Shown here: positions 1 through 11,046 of the stretch, piece by piece
Layout: every line of letters begins with the position of its first letter
How positions within the stretch are numbered: the stretch's first letter is position 1
Origin: Eledone cirrhosa
Taxonomy: Eukaryota
Direction of reading: 5' to 3'
Length of the DNA: 64,000 nucleotides
Assembly (NCBI GenBank): GCA_964016885.1
Contig: OZ024744.1
Span: 45,570,001 to 45,634,000, forward strand
Notes under the pieces: generated by a model
Seen by the model: the letters and a program-made list of their open reading frames with translations, nothing else
Databases searched by the model: none
Told to the model about the DNA's origin: nothing
Position numbers and translations under genes: made by a program

Positions 1-35
1 TAAATGGATCTAGTTGATTAAATAAACAACATAAT

Positions 36-560
36 CATCATCATCATCACCGTTTTACATCCGTTCTTCCACGCTAGCATGGGTTAGATAGGTTGTCCTG
101 TTGTAGGCAGTGTCCAGTTGGCTGACCCTGTCTTGCTCATACAGGAACTGATTCTGGCTTGATTTCTACAGCTGTATGCCCTTCCTAACACCAACCTCAT
201 TTACAGTGAGTGCTGGGTGCTTTTTTTCCATGGTGCCTACACGTCCACTTTACAGTGTGGACTGGGTGCTTTTATTGCCGTGGCTCCTCCACGACCACTT
301 TGCAGTGGAGCGTGGGGGCATATTGTCTATATGCTTCAGCTTCAACTTGTTCCTTGAGAAGTCTGGTCTTCTGTATTTCTGCATGATGCCAGAGGTCAAG
401 GTCGTGAGTCATTGCCCTTGAGAGTTGCAATTAGGTAAGGTCGGCATTTATCACCTCATCCCAGGTCTTCTTGGGTCTCCCCAACACTTCTAGTGCTTTG
501 CACCTTTTTATGCAGTTGTCATCCCTCATACGCATCATATTTCCATACCAACGTAACCTA
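36..560 (-). mobile_element. RTE-clade LINE, 3' fragment with (GAT)n tail
   Basis: Minus strand reads RLRWYGNMMRM...GRPKKTWDEVI (RTE C-terminus), then a ~370-nt 3' UTR and a (GAT)n tail seen as catcatcat at ~36-50; homologous to 7112-7650 and 13340-13958. Confidence 0.85.
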
Positions 561-574
561 TATATTAATATACA

Positions 575-608
<34 letters not shown>

Positions 609-657
609 CAGTACAATTTAATATAAAATTATGATCAACACTAATGTGTTTTTTTTG

Positions 658-1318
658 CAAATTGACAATAAATTAGCCAGATAGAAATACCTTAATTCAA
701 GTACATATAGTCCGCCTGTATCGATCTAAAAAATAATAAATCTATACTTACAGATGTAAAATGGCAACTGCCCTGGAAGAAGTATTTCTTAGAGCTTAAT
801 AATTGTATTTGACCCCTGAGTGAAAACTCTAAATTATAATATGTCTGCTCCTTCGGTAGAGCTGAATTCATAATCCTATATTTACGGCTGTTATTTCTAG
901 CGCCATGGATATGAGCCAGAGTGCTGGGAAAAGTCGTGTGCAAAAGCACATGTATTTGGCATGCGACAGACCAGTCTTAAGATATTTATCCTAGGTGAAG
1001 TAACTCTAATTTATCTGGGTGCCTATTGAGAATCACAGAAAATTGATTATTTCACTAATTATTATTTCATAAATAGTTATTCCGTAATTAATTAATTATT
1101 TCATTAGTATACCATCCTTTGTGAAACAGGTTTATTTTTTGAAGTTCGGACTGATCTGCTGAAAAGGTTTGAATTTTGAAATTTAAACTTGTCTAGGCAC
1201 CAGGGCAGTTGCCATTTTACGTCTGTAAGTATAGATTTATTATTTTTTAGATCGATACAGGCGGACTATATGTACTTGAATTAAGGTATTTCTATCTGGC
1301 TAATTTATTGTCAATTTG
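658..1318. repeat. Fold-back element with ~119-bp inverted arms (658-776 / 1200-1318)
   Basis: caaattgacaataaattagccagatag...ggcaactgccctgg is the near-perfect reverse complement of ccagggcagttgcc...ctatctggctaatttattgtcaatttg; ~420-bp non-coding spacer. Confidence 0.85.
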
Positions 1319-4300
1319 TCACGGTCCTTCGTCATCTCCTCGGTGAGTTTCAGCGATCTGAGGTTCGCCCATGTTTTACGTGGTCTACCTCTACTGGGAT
1401 TTCTTGGCACTTCTTTACCCAGCGGTCATCCTCCAAGTGCATCACATGTCCATACCATCTCAGCTTTCTCTCCTGCACACCACAACTTATCCCTCTTATA
1501 CCCAGTTTCTTTCTCAACTCGTCCATGCTTGGTTGCTCACGCACATTGACATTGCACATCCAACGGAGCATACTTGCTTCATTTCTCTCCAGCCGTTGCA
1601 TATCCTCTGCAGTTGCCAACCATGTCTCACTACCATGCATCATCACGCATCTCACACAGGCATCATATAACCGTCCTTTCGTATGCAGGAAGGAACCCTT
1701 CTTTGTCAACAAAGGTAGCAGCTCCCTAAACTTCTTCCAGCCCGTCCTTATTCTAGATACTATGGCCTCGGAACAACCCCCTCCCATGCTAATCCGATCA
1801 CCTAGGTACCGGAAGCTATCAACCACTTCTATAGAACCCACCTGCATTGGAAAAATGTGTCTATCACTGCGATTAATACTGCCAACTTTCCCTGTACATG
1901 TACTGCATACGTAGTTTCCCTACCTGTTAGTTTGCCTGCTATCACACTACATTTCTTGTGTACCCAAGATCTGCATTGCTTACATTTTATAGAATTTATG
2001 CCAGTTCCTTTTCTACATTTCGAACATAGCCATTTCCCTGATGGAATCGGAGTATTGTCCTCTCTTCTACTTATCAACACTTTTGCCTTAGCTATGTTCA
2101 CTCTCAGTTCTCTTGATTCCAACTGTTGTTTCCATAGCCAGAATTTATTCTCTGGCTCCTCTACTGATTCTGCTATAAGAGGCAGATCATCAGCATATAG
2201 AAGTTTCCATGGGCATCCAGTCTTAAACACCTCTGTTATGGCTTGGAGGACTATAATGAACAAGAGCGTGCTGATGTACACCTACTTGTATCTGGAATTC
2301 CTCACTAAACTCCATACCTACTCTCACTTTACTGACAGCACCCCTGTACATAGCTTGCACTGCCCTCACAAGCCATTCCTCCTCATTTAGTTTCCTTAGG
2401 GACCACCAGATGACAGATCTGGGTACCCTATTAAAGGCCTTCTCTAGGTCAACTAAAGCTAAGTATAGTGGCTTATTCTTCTCTAAGAACTTCTCTTGTA
2501 GTAGCCTCACTAAGAAGATAGCATCTGTTGTACTTTTCCGAGGCACAAAACCAAACTGCATCTCATCTAATTTGACCCTTTCTCTAATTAGTTGCGCTAA
2601 TATTCTCTCTGCCACTTTCATAACCTGATCCATCAGCTTTATGCCCCTATAATTGCTCCTCTCTAGAGCATCCCCTTTACCTTTGTAGCAATTTATGAGA
2701 ATACTGCTGCACCAGTCTTCGGGTATGACACCACCATATATAACTTGATTGATGATGCATGCAACCAGTTTAATGCCTACTTCACCTGATGCCTTTAACA
2801 TCTCAGCAACTATCCCCGACGGTCCAGCAGCCTTACCATTCTTCATTTCTTTAATTACTTCTTGTACCCTATATTCGTCAATCTCAATAGCTGGTCCCTC
2901 TGTTGGGTCTACTGGGGCTAATTTCTCTCTGTCCCATTCATTCTCCACATTCATCAGTCTCTCATAGTGACATTTCCAGGCCTCCTTTTTGATCATTCAT
3001 GACACAAAGTACACCGGCATCATTCCGGACACATGTATCTCCAACAACACCCTGATATGCACTGACACACTGCTTTGCAATGTGGAACACTGCACATCTC
3101 TGATCTTCCTGTCGCAGAACATTGGCAAACCTCCTACTCTCAGCCTCCCTGCATGCTAAGTACACCTGATGTCTAGCTTCTCTTCTAGCAGCTGTGTATC
3201 CTTCCCTACTCACACCATTTTTCCAAGCTTTCCATGCCAGTCTTTTGTCTCTAATGGCCCTATCTACCGTGCTGTTCCACCACCAGGTCACTCTCTGTCT
3301 GGTTGAAGCTCTGCCCCAACCACAAGTTTCTTCAGTAGTCTGCAGAAAGTTGTCATGTAAGAAATTCCAGTTATCATCTGTCAGACAACTCTAAATCGTC
3401 TTCTTCTTCATCATACATGTCTTGAAGGGCTTTGCTAAATTTATATTTTAATGAAAGGTCTTTTAGTTTCCAGACCTTTTTTTTCCACACCTTCCTGCAT
3501 GTCTAATTCTTTCTCATGCTTTCTGAGATGTCACTAACGACAAATTATGCTGTGGGGTACATTCTTCCCCAGGGTATGCCTTAGTATTTAACACCATCTG
3601 TCTGTCTCGCTGTCTAACTAGCAGGATGTCAATCTGGCTTATGTGCTCACCTGATTTGTAGGTTGGTTGGTAGGCTTCTGGAAGTTAGTGTTGCAAATGG
3701 TTAGTGCATTTGCATCACAAAATTCAAGAAGCCTCACTCCTTCATTTCTTGAGCTGTAACCGTGCCCACCATCTACCCCAGTGTATCCATCCTGGAGCTG
3801 TCCAACGTGTCCATTGAAGTCCCCTGCTAGCATAACGATGTCTCTGTCCTCTGTCATTGAGGCTGTTTGTAAAAGTTGCTCGTAAAAGCAGTCTTTCTCT
3901 TCTTTACCTAGGCCTGCCTGGGGAGCATAGGCAGAGATGATTGTCAGTAATCTCTTGCCTACAACTAATCTAAGCTTAATTATTCTATCACTATCTCTAA
4001 CTACTTCTATTTTCTTATTAATCCACCTTTCACCCAGTAATATGCCCACCCCACCTAACCCATCATCATTACCCACCCAGAAAAGCTTATAACTACGATG
4101 TTTGCCTGCGATTAGTCTTGCAGAGGCACCTCTCCATCTCATCTCTTGCACACAGCATACATCCACATGCCTTCTCTCCAGCATCTCCGCTATCTCACCA
4201 GATCTACCTATTAGAGTGCCAACATTAAGTGTGGAAACTCTGAGATGCGACGTCTTGTTCTTTTTTCTGTTGTGCGATTGCTTGATGACGGTCGTGGGGT

Positions 4301-4600
4301 TCTCACTCATGGCCTCACTAGCCACCCCACTACCATGCGCAGCCCTAACATGGTTAGTGTTGTTTCTGTGTTCATAGTGTTTAGGAGTAGTATATATACT
4401 GGTTGGATGCCCTTCCTAACACCAGCACCACTTTACAGCATGGACTGGGTGCTTTTATTCGTGCCACAGCACTAGAGAGATTGTCTTACTGGACTCAGGG
4501 CCTTCTTTACCACTTCATTTTACAGCATGGACTGAGTGCTTTTATTCGTGCCACCAGCACTAGGGAAGTTTTCTTACTGGACTTAGGGGACTTCTCTACC
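1319..4600 (-). mobile_element. Near-full-length decayed RTE LINE (APE endonuclease + RT), frameshifted
   Basis: ORFs 3639-4325 (TLNVGTL, VQEMRW, SAYAPQ, GDFNGHVG = APE), 2223-2996 (NYRGIKLM, QFGFVP, VDLEKAFNRV), 1829-2281 (LLYADD), 1350-1847 (FRYLG, LRWYGHV); 5' UTR has a ~88-bp duplicated motif at ~4420-4590. Confidence 0.93.
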
Positions 4601-4809
4601 CTGCAACAATTTATTCGGAGTGATAGCTCTCCTAGATGGGTTGCCTACACTACGGCTTACGGAGCCTCTGTCCACCCCTTGTCTGTTCAATACTATATTC
4701 ACAAGGGAGCGGTTATCGTACAGCATTGGGCATATATACCAAACGTGGTGGAGGTGGGAAGTGAGAAGGAAATATGGCCATAAGCACAAATTTAAATATT
4801 AACATTCAC

Positions 4810-4814
4810 ATCAC

Positions 4815-4881
<67 letters not shown>

Positions 4882-4980
4882 CATATATACATATGTACAT
4901 GTCACATACCTACATATATACATATGTACATGTCACATACCTACATATATATATATAAATATATATATATATAAATATGT
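4810..4980. repeat. (TA)n/(TACA) microsatellite
   Basis: Direct dinucleotide run. Confidence 0.9.
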
Positions 4981-5118
4981 ACAAATCTCATGCGAACCGA
5001 AAATTCTTGGAGATATGAATAATAATAATAAACTTGAACTTATCTCAACGGATTCTCCAAATCATGTATCATATTCAACCAAGAGGTCTTACTGCGTTTT
5101 ACGTATATATCTGGTAGT

Positions 5119-6271
5119 TCCTAAGGAAGCTAGGTGTTGAGGAATGGCTTGTGAGGACAGTGCAAAATTTGTACAGAGGTGCTGTCAGTATAGTGAGGGT
5201 AGGAATGGAGTTTAGTGAGGAATTCCAGATACAAGTAGGAGTACATCAGGGTTCGATCCTCAGCCAGCTCTTGTTTATTATAGTCCTCCAAGCCATAATA
5301 GAGGAGTTTAAGAATGGCTGTCCATGGGAACTTCTCTATGCTGACGATCTGGTTCTTATAGCAGAATCAGTAGAGGAGCTAGATAATAAATTCTTGCTAT
5401 GGAAACAGCAGTTGGAATCAAGAGGACTGAGAGTGAACCTAGCAAAGTCAGAGGACAAATCTCTGATTCCGTCAGGGAAATGGCCATGTTCGATATGCAG
5501 AAAAGGAACTGGCATAATTTCTATAAAATGCACACAATGCAGATCTTGGGTACACAAGTGCTGTAGTGGGATAGCAGGCAAACTAACAGGTAGGGAGAAA
5601 TACGTATGCAGTAGATGTATAGGGAAATTTGACAGTAGAAGTCGCATTGATAGACACATTTTTCCAATGCAGGTGGGTGCAATAGAAGTGGTTGATAGCT
5701 TCCGGTACCTAGGTGATCAGATTAGCATGAGAGGGTGGTGTTCCGAGGTCATAGTATCTAGAATAAGGATGGGATGGAAGAAGTTTAGGTAGCTCCTTCC
5801 TCTGCTGAAGAAGAAGGGTTTCTCCCTGCGTATGAACGGCCGGTTATATGATGCCTGTGTGAGGAGCGCAAGGATATGTGATGCCTGGAGAGAAATGAGG
5901 CAAACATGCTCCGTTGGATGTGCAAAGTCAATGTGCATGAACAGCCGAGCATGGATGTGTTGAGAGAGAAACTGTGTCTGAGAGGGATAGATTGTAGTGT
6001 GCGGGAGAGGAGACTGCGATGGTATGGACATGTGATGCGCATGGCGGATGACCGATGGGTGAAGAAGTGCCAGGAAATGCCAGTTGAAGGAAGACATAGT
6101 AGAGGCTGAACAGGAAAAACATGGGTGGAGGTGGTGAGAGCAGACCTCAGAGTGCTCAAGCTCATGGTGGAGATGACGAAGGACCATAACAAGTGGAGAG
6201 ATGCTGTGCTGAATAGGAGAGGTCCCACCCTTGCAAGCAGGGAAAAGCGGACATAAGATGATGATGATGAT
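5119..6271 (+). mobile_element. 5'-truncated RTE LINE with short 3' UTR and (GAT)n tail
   Basis: ORF 5151-5792 (GVHQGSILS, LLYADD, FRYLG) and 5906-6109 (LRWYGHV); tail gatgatgatgatgat at ~6257-6271; same subfamily as 1319-4600. Confidence 0.92.
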
Positions 6272-7111
6272 ATAAATGGCAGGGACAGCGGCAGTTTGGT
6301 CCATTTGTGTTTGGACCTGGTGTATATATGTATATATCAGAGATAATGAATCCAATAACTGTTTCCTGTATTTGTAATGTTATTTGTATATATACATGTA
6401 GGTTTACTATGATTTTGTTTATATATTCTATGTGACTATATTACAGTGTCGCCTCGCACTGCACCAATCAAGCGTAAATCAGCTGAAAAGAGTAAGTTAT
6501 AATTTAAACATCATGTAATAAATTATTCAGTAACTTATTTAGGTTTTCAACAGTAAATTTACAACTACTTAATTCAGTCAAGAATATCAAGCTCTATATT
6601 ACAAACTCACCTAACATAATGTAGAATAAGCATTTTATTGACTTGCTCAGAGACCTTGTAATGAGGACAAAAGTAAAGATAGACATTTTAGGGCATTATC
6701 AGAGATAGCTGAGAAAGAATGACATTATATATGGTTCAAATGAGAAGATAAATGTTGCACTAGATTCATTGAGGTAGATGGAATTACATCACAGATCAGT
6801 ATTCTCATCTTTAACAAAACATCATCCTACAGTTCTTCACAATTTCTTGTCTCTCTTCATTGTTCATACACTTCATCCTCTTATCCACTACATGAGCCAG
6901 TACTCTAAATATTTGGTTAAACCACTATATATATCTGTTCTTCAGGACCAGTGGGAAACTGTAGAATGTTTCTCTCATAATTTGAGACATCCCACATATG
7001 ACTAGCCAAACTTTACTCCTTTTGGAAGTTTTAGATTTGTGGGATAAGTAAGCATGTCATTGACAGGACAAACCATATAAATGGATCTAGTTGATTAAAT
7101 AAACCACAATA

Positions 7112-8832
7112 TCATCATCATCATCACCGTTTTACATCCGTTCTTCCACACTAGCATGGGTTAGAAGGGGTGTCCTATTGTGGGCAGTGTCCAGTTGGCT
7201 GACTTTGTCTTGCTCATACAGGAACTGATTTTGGCTTGATTTCTACAGTTGGATGCCCTTCCTAACACCAACCTCATTTACAGTGAGTGCTGGGTGCTTT
7301 TTTCCATGGTGCCTACATGTGCACTTGACAGTGTGGGCTGGGTGCTTTTTTGCTGTGGCACCTCCACGACCACTTTGCAGTGGGGGATGGGAGGCAGGGG
7401 ATATTGTCTATATGCTTTTGCTTCGGCTTGTACCTGTGGGGGGGTCGGGTCTTTTGTATTACTGCGTGACACCAGAGGCCACGGTCTTGTGTCATCGCAT
7501 TTGAGAGATTTAATTGGGTAAGGTCGGCTTTTATCACCTCATCCAAGGTCTTCTTGGGTTTCGCCACTCCGCGGTTTCCATCAACTTCTAGTGCTCTGCA
7601 CCTTTTTATGCAGCTGTCCTCCTTCATACGCATCACATGTCCATACCAATACAACCGCCTCTCCTGCACACAGCATTTGATTCCTCTTATGCTCAGTCTC
7701 TCTCTCAATTCATTTATGCTTTTCCGTTCGCGTATATTACTATTTCACATCCATCGGAGCATGCAGGCTTCGTTTCTTTCTAATCTACGTAAGTCTTCTA
7801 CAGACAGCGCCCAGGTTTCACTTCCATGTAACATTGCTGTTCGGATACACGCATCATACAGTCTGCCTTTCATTTTGAGTGAAATGCCTTTTGCAGCTAG
7901 CAGTGGCAGTAGCTCCCTGAAATTCTTCCATCCTGTTCTTACCCTAGTTATTGTACTTTCCGAACACCCACCTCTGCTGCTAATTCGGTCACCTAGGTAG
8001 CATAAGATGTCTACTGTTTCTACAGAGCCCTCCCAGAGTTTGGTGGTGCTTGTTTCCTGTGGTCGTTCACTGCTTGCTGTCCCAGCACAGCTGCTACATA
8101 TGAAGCCTACATTCTTAGTTAAACTTCCTGAGATCCCACTACATCATTTGTGTACCAATTGTTTGCATTTGGGGCAGAGGATGAAGTTCCTACCTACACC
8201 TTTCCTACATACAAGGCCATTTCCCTGAGGGTATCTGAGTTGTGTTTTCTCGTCTACTTACAAGAACCTTAGTCTTTGTCAGGTTGACTCTGAGGCCCCT
8301 CCTTTCTAGTCCCTGCATCCATGTTTGGAATTTCTTCTTTAGTTCCACCATGGATTCAGCTATAAGTACGAGATCATCCACATACCGGAGTTCCCATGGG
8401 CATCTGGTCTTAAACTCCTCCTGTATGCTAAATTCCTCGCTATAGTCATTGCTAACTCTAACTTTGCTGACTGCTCCTCTATACATGGCTTGTACAGCTT
8501 TCACAAGCCATTCATCTACTCCTAGTTTTCTAAGAACCCACCAGACTATAGCACGGGGGACTCTGTCGAAGGCTTTTTCCAGATCGACGAATGCCAGTTA
8601 AAGCAGCTTACTTTTAGCTAGGTACTTTTCCTCTAACTGCCTCACAAGGAAGAGAGCATCAGTGGTGCCTTTTCCTGGTACAAACCCAAATTGCATCTCA
8701 TCTAGTTTCACCCGGTCCCTAATCAACTGTGCTATAACTCTTTCCGTTATTTTCATGACCTGGTCCATAAGCTTTATACCTCTATAGTTTCCTCTATCTA
8801 GTGCATCGTCTTTACCTTTGTAGCAGTTGACA
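7112..8832 (-). mobile_element. 5'-truncated decayed RTE LINE with long 3' UTR
   Basis: Minus-strand RT remnants ([29 protein letters not shown]) and catcatcat tail at ~7112-7126. Confidence 0.92.
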
Positions 8833-8899
8833 TATATACATCGAGCCCTCTTTGGATTTTAGTCTTCAAATTTATTATTATTACTATATATATATATAT

Positions 8900-9840
8900 G
8901 TGAGCTGATAGAGTACAGTCTAAGGATTTACAGAAACCCAAGAAGCTAGATTTAACACCTTTGTAGTGGGTCCGGGTATTATTTTACATTCATTTAAATT
9001 ATTGATGTATTGTTTTATTGATATTTTTTATCTGATTGTCCCGAATCTTCTATTATCGATTTTTTATCGTATGGTTGATTTTAGACTTGTTCTATGTGTG
9101 ATGGTATTTTAACGATAGTTATAGCTCTGATTCATCTGAATTATTGAGCCCTCTGCCGCTCATTTCGAATATTGTTTATCGTGAACTCGTGCGCCGATTT
9201 TTCGATACTCGATCTTTCTAATATTTTTAGCTCTGGACATAGCTATCCACCAGTTAATTTTATTGCTCATTTTTTGTCGATTCTATTGAGTGATGAATAG
9301 CTCCTGTTTTATTTTAACATGTCTATTGAGCACTCTTATTCGATATGTGTATTTCCACATTTCCTCGAATAGTTTTCGCGGATGTAGAGGTTATCTCCCT
9401 TGCCGGATTCCATGTGCGTATTTCACTTGTAGTTAGCCTCTTATCCGCTAGGAAAAAGCTCGTTGATGAAGTAAACTTCCATTCCGCTTGCTCTAGAAGT
9501 CTTATATATTTATATGTGAGCTGATAGAGTACAGTCTAAGGATTTACAGAAACCCAAGAAGCTAGATTTAACACCTTTCTAGTGGGTCCGGGTATGATTT
9601 TACATTCATTTAAATTATTGATGTATTGTTTTATTGATATTTTTTATCTGATTGTCCCGAATCTTCTATTATCGATTTTTTATCGTATGGTTGATTTTAG
9701 ACTTGTTCTATGTGTGACGGTATTTTAACGATAGTTATAGCTCTGATTCATCTGAATTATTGAGCCCTCTGCCGCTCATTTCGAATATTGTTTATCGTGA
9801 ACTCGTGCGCCGATTTTTCGATACTCGATCTTTCTAATAT
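8900..9840. repeat. 616-bp unit in ~1.5 tandem copies within (TA)n; unclassified, possibly PLE terminal-repeat derived
   Basis: gtgagctgatagagtacag at 8900 and 9516; second copy near-identical to ~9840; flanked by TA runs. Confidence 0.8.
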
Positions 9841-10252
9841 ATATATATATATATAGTAATAATAATAAATATATGTATATAATAATAAATATATGTATAT
9901 AATAATAATAAATATATGTATACATTCATATATATATATATATATATGAATGTATACATAAAAACAAATAACGAAACAAAATTAAATTTCGTTTCGTTTG
10001 TAACTCACTTTTGTATGACTGACGCTTAAACAATTAAGTTAAAAATGTACATCCATATATGTATACTGAAATACTAGTATGCATATGAATACACACACGT
10101 ATACATATGTAGATGTACCAAGTCTTTCACTGGTTACTTTACTGTGAGTATCCAGCTATTCTGTATGTAAACACACAGACAAACCGGTTTTTAGAGTCAT
10201 ACTGGTTTTTGAGGAAACACCTTTCCTCTATTCTCCAGAAAGCCAGACAAGG

Positions 10253-10297
10253 AATATTGAACTAGTTTCGTTGTTGTTACAACTCATCAGCAATATT
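10253..10297 (-). ncRNA. Minimal type I hammerhead ribozyme
   Basis: Exact reverse complement of 10776-10820. Confidence 0.82.
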
Positions 10298-10775
10298 TAC
10301 CTATCTACCGGCCTTTCTGGAGAATCGTAAAAGCACATAGCTTTTGAGGAAATTCCTTGTCTGGCTTTCTGGGGAATAGAGGAAAGGTGTTTCCTCAAAA
10401 ACCAGTATGACTCTAAAAACCGGTTTGTCTGTGTGTTTACATACAGAATAGCTGGATACTCACAGTAAAGTAACCAGTGAAAGACTTGGTACATCTACAT
10501 ATGTATACGTGTGTGTATTCATATGCATACTAGTATTTCAGTATACATATATGGATGTACATTTTTAACTTAATTGTTTAAGCGTCAGTCATACAAAAGT
10601 GAGTTATAAACGAAACGAAATTTAATTTTGTTTCGTTATTTGTTTTTATCGTCTCCGTTGAACCGGTACGTACTCACACTCTATGCAAATTAGTCTGCCC
10701 ACTACTAATTTTCATAGAAAAAGCATATAACGATATGTGCTTTTACGATTCTCCAGAAAGGCCGGTAGATAGGTA

Positions 10776-10820
10776 AATATTGCTGATGAGTTGTAACAAC
10801 AACGAAACTAGTTCAATATT
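10776..10820 (+). ncRNA. Minimal type I hammerhead ribozyme
   Basis: AATATTG-CTGATGA-GTTGT(aaca)ACAAC-GAAA-CTAG-TT-CAATATT: 7-bp stem I, canonical core, 5-bp stem II, palindromic stem III (AACTAGTT), GUU cleavage triplet. Confidence 0.85.
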
Positions 10821-11046
10821 CCTTGTCTGGCTTTCTGGAGAATAGAGGAAAGGTGTTTCCTCAAAAACCAGTATGACTCTAAAAACCGGTTTGTCTGTGT
10901 GTTTACATACAGAATAGCTGGATACTCACAGTAAAGTAACCAGTGAAAGACTTGGTACATCTACATATGTATACGTGTGTGTATTCATATGCATACTAGT
11001 ATTTCAGTATACATATATGGATGTACATTTTTAACTTAATTGTTTA

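Larger units (their letters stand above)
9960..11046. mobile_element. Non-coding hammerhead-bearing element (retrozyme/PLE pLTR-like): inverted partial copy 9960-10340 plus ~1.5 tandem 466-bp units 10352-11046
   Basis: attccttgtctggc recurs at 10352 and 10818; 9960-10340 is the reverse complement of the unit; sequence blocks resemble the 56-64 kb repeat unit. Confidence 0.8.

Noticed and set aside
1150-1200. Hammerhead-like CTGAAAA...GAAATTTAAA
   Set aside because: Core G8 is missing and helices I and II are unconvincing.
5335-5350. CTGACGA motif
   Set aside because: These are the codons of the RT YADD motif, with no surrounding helices.
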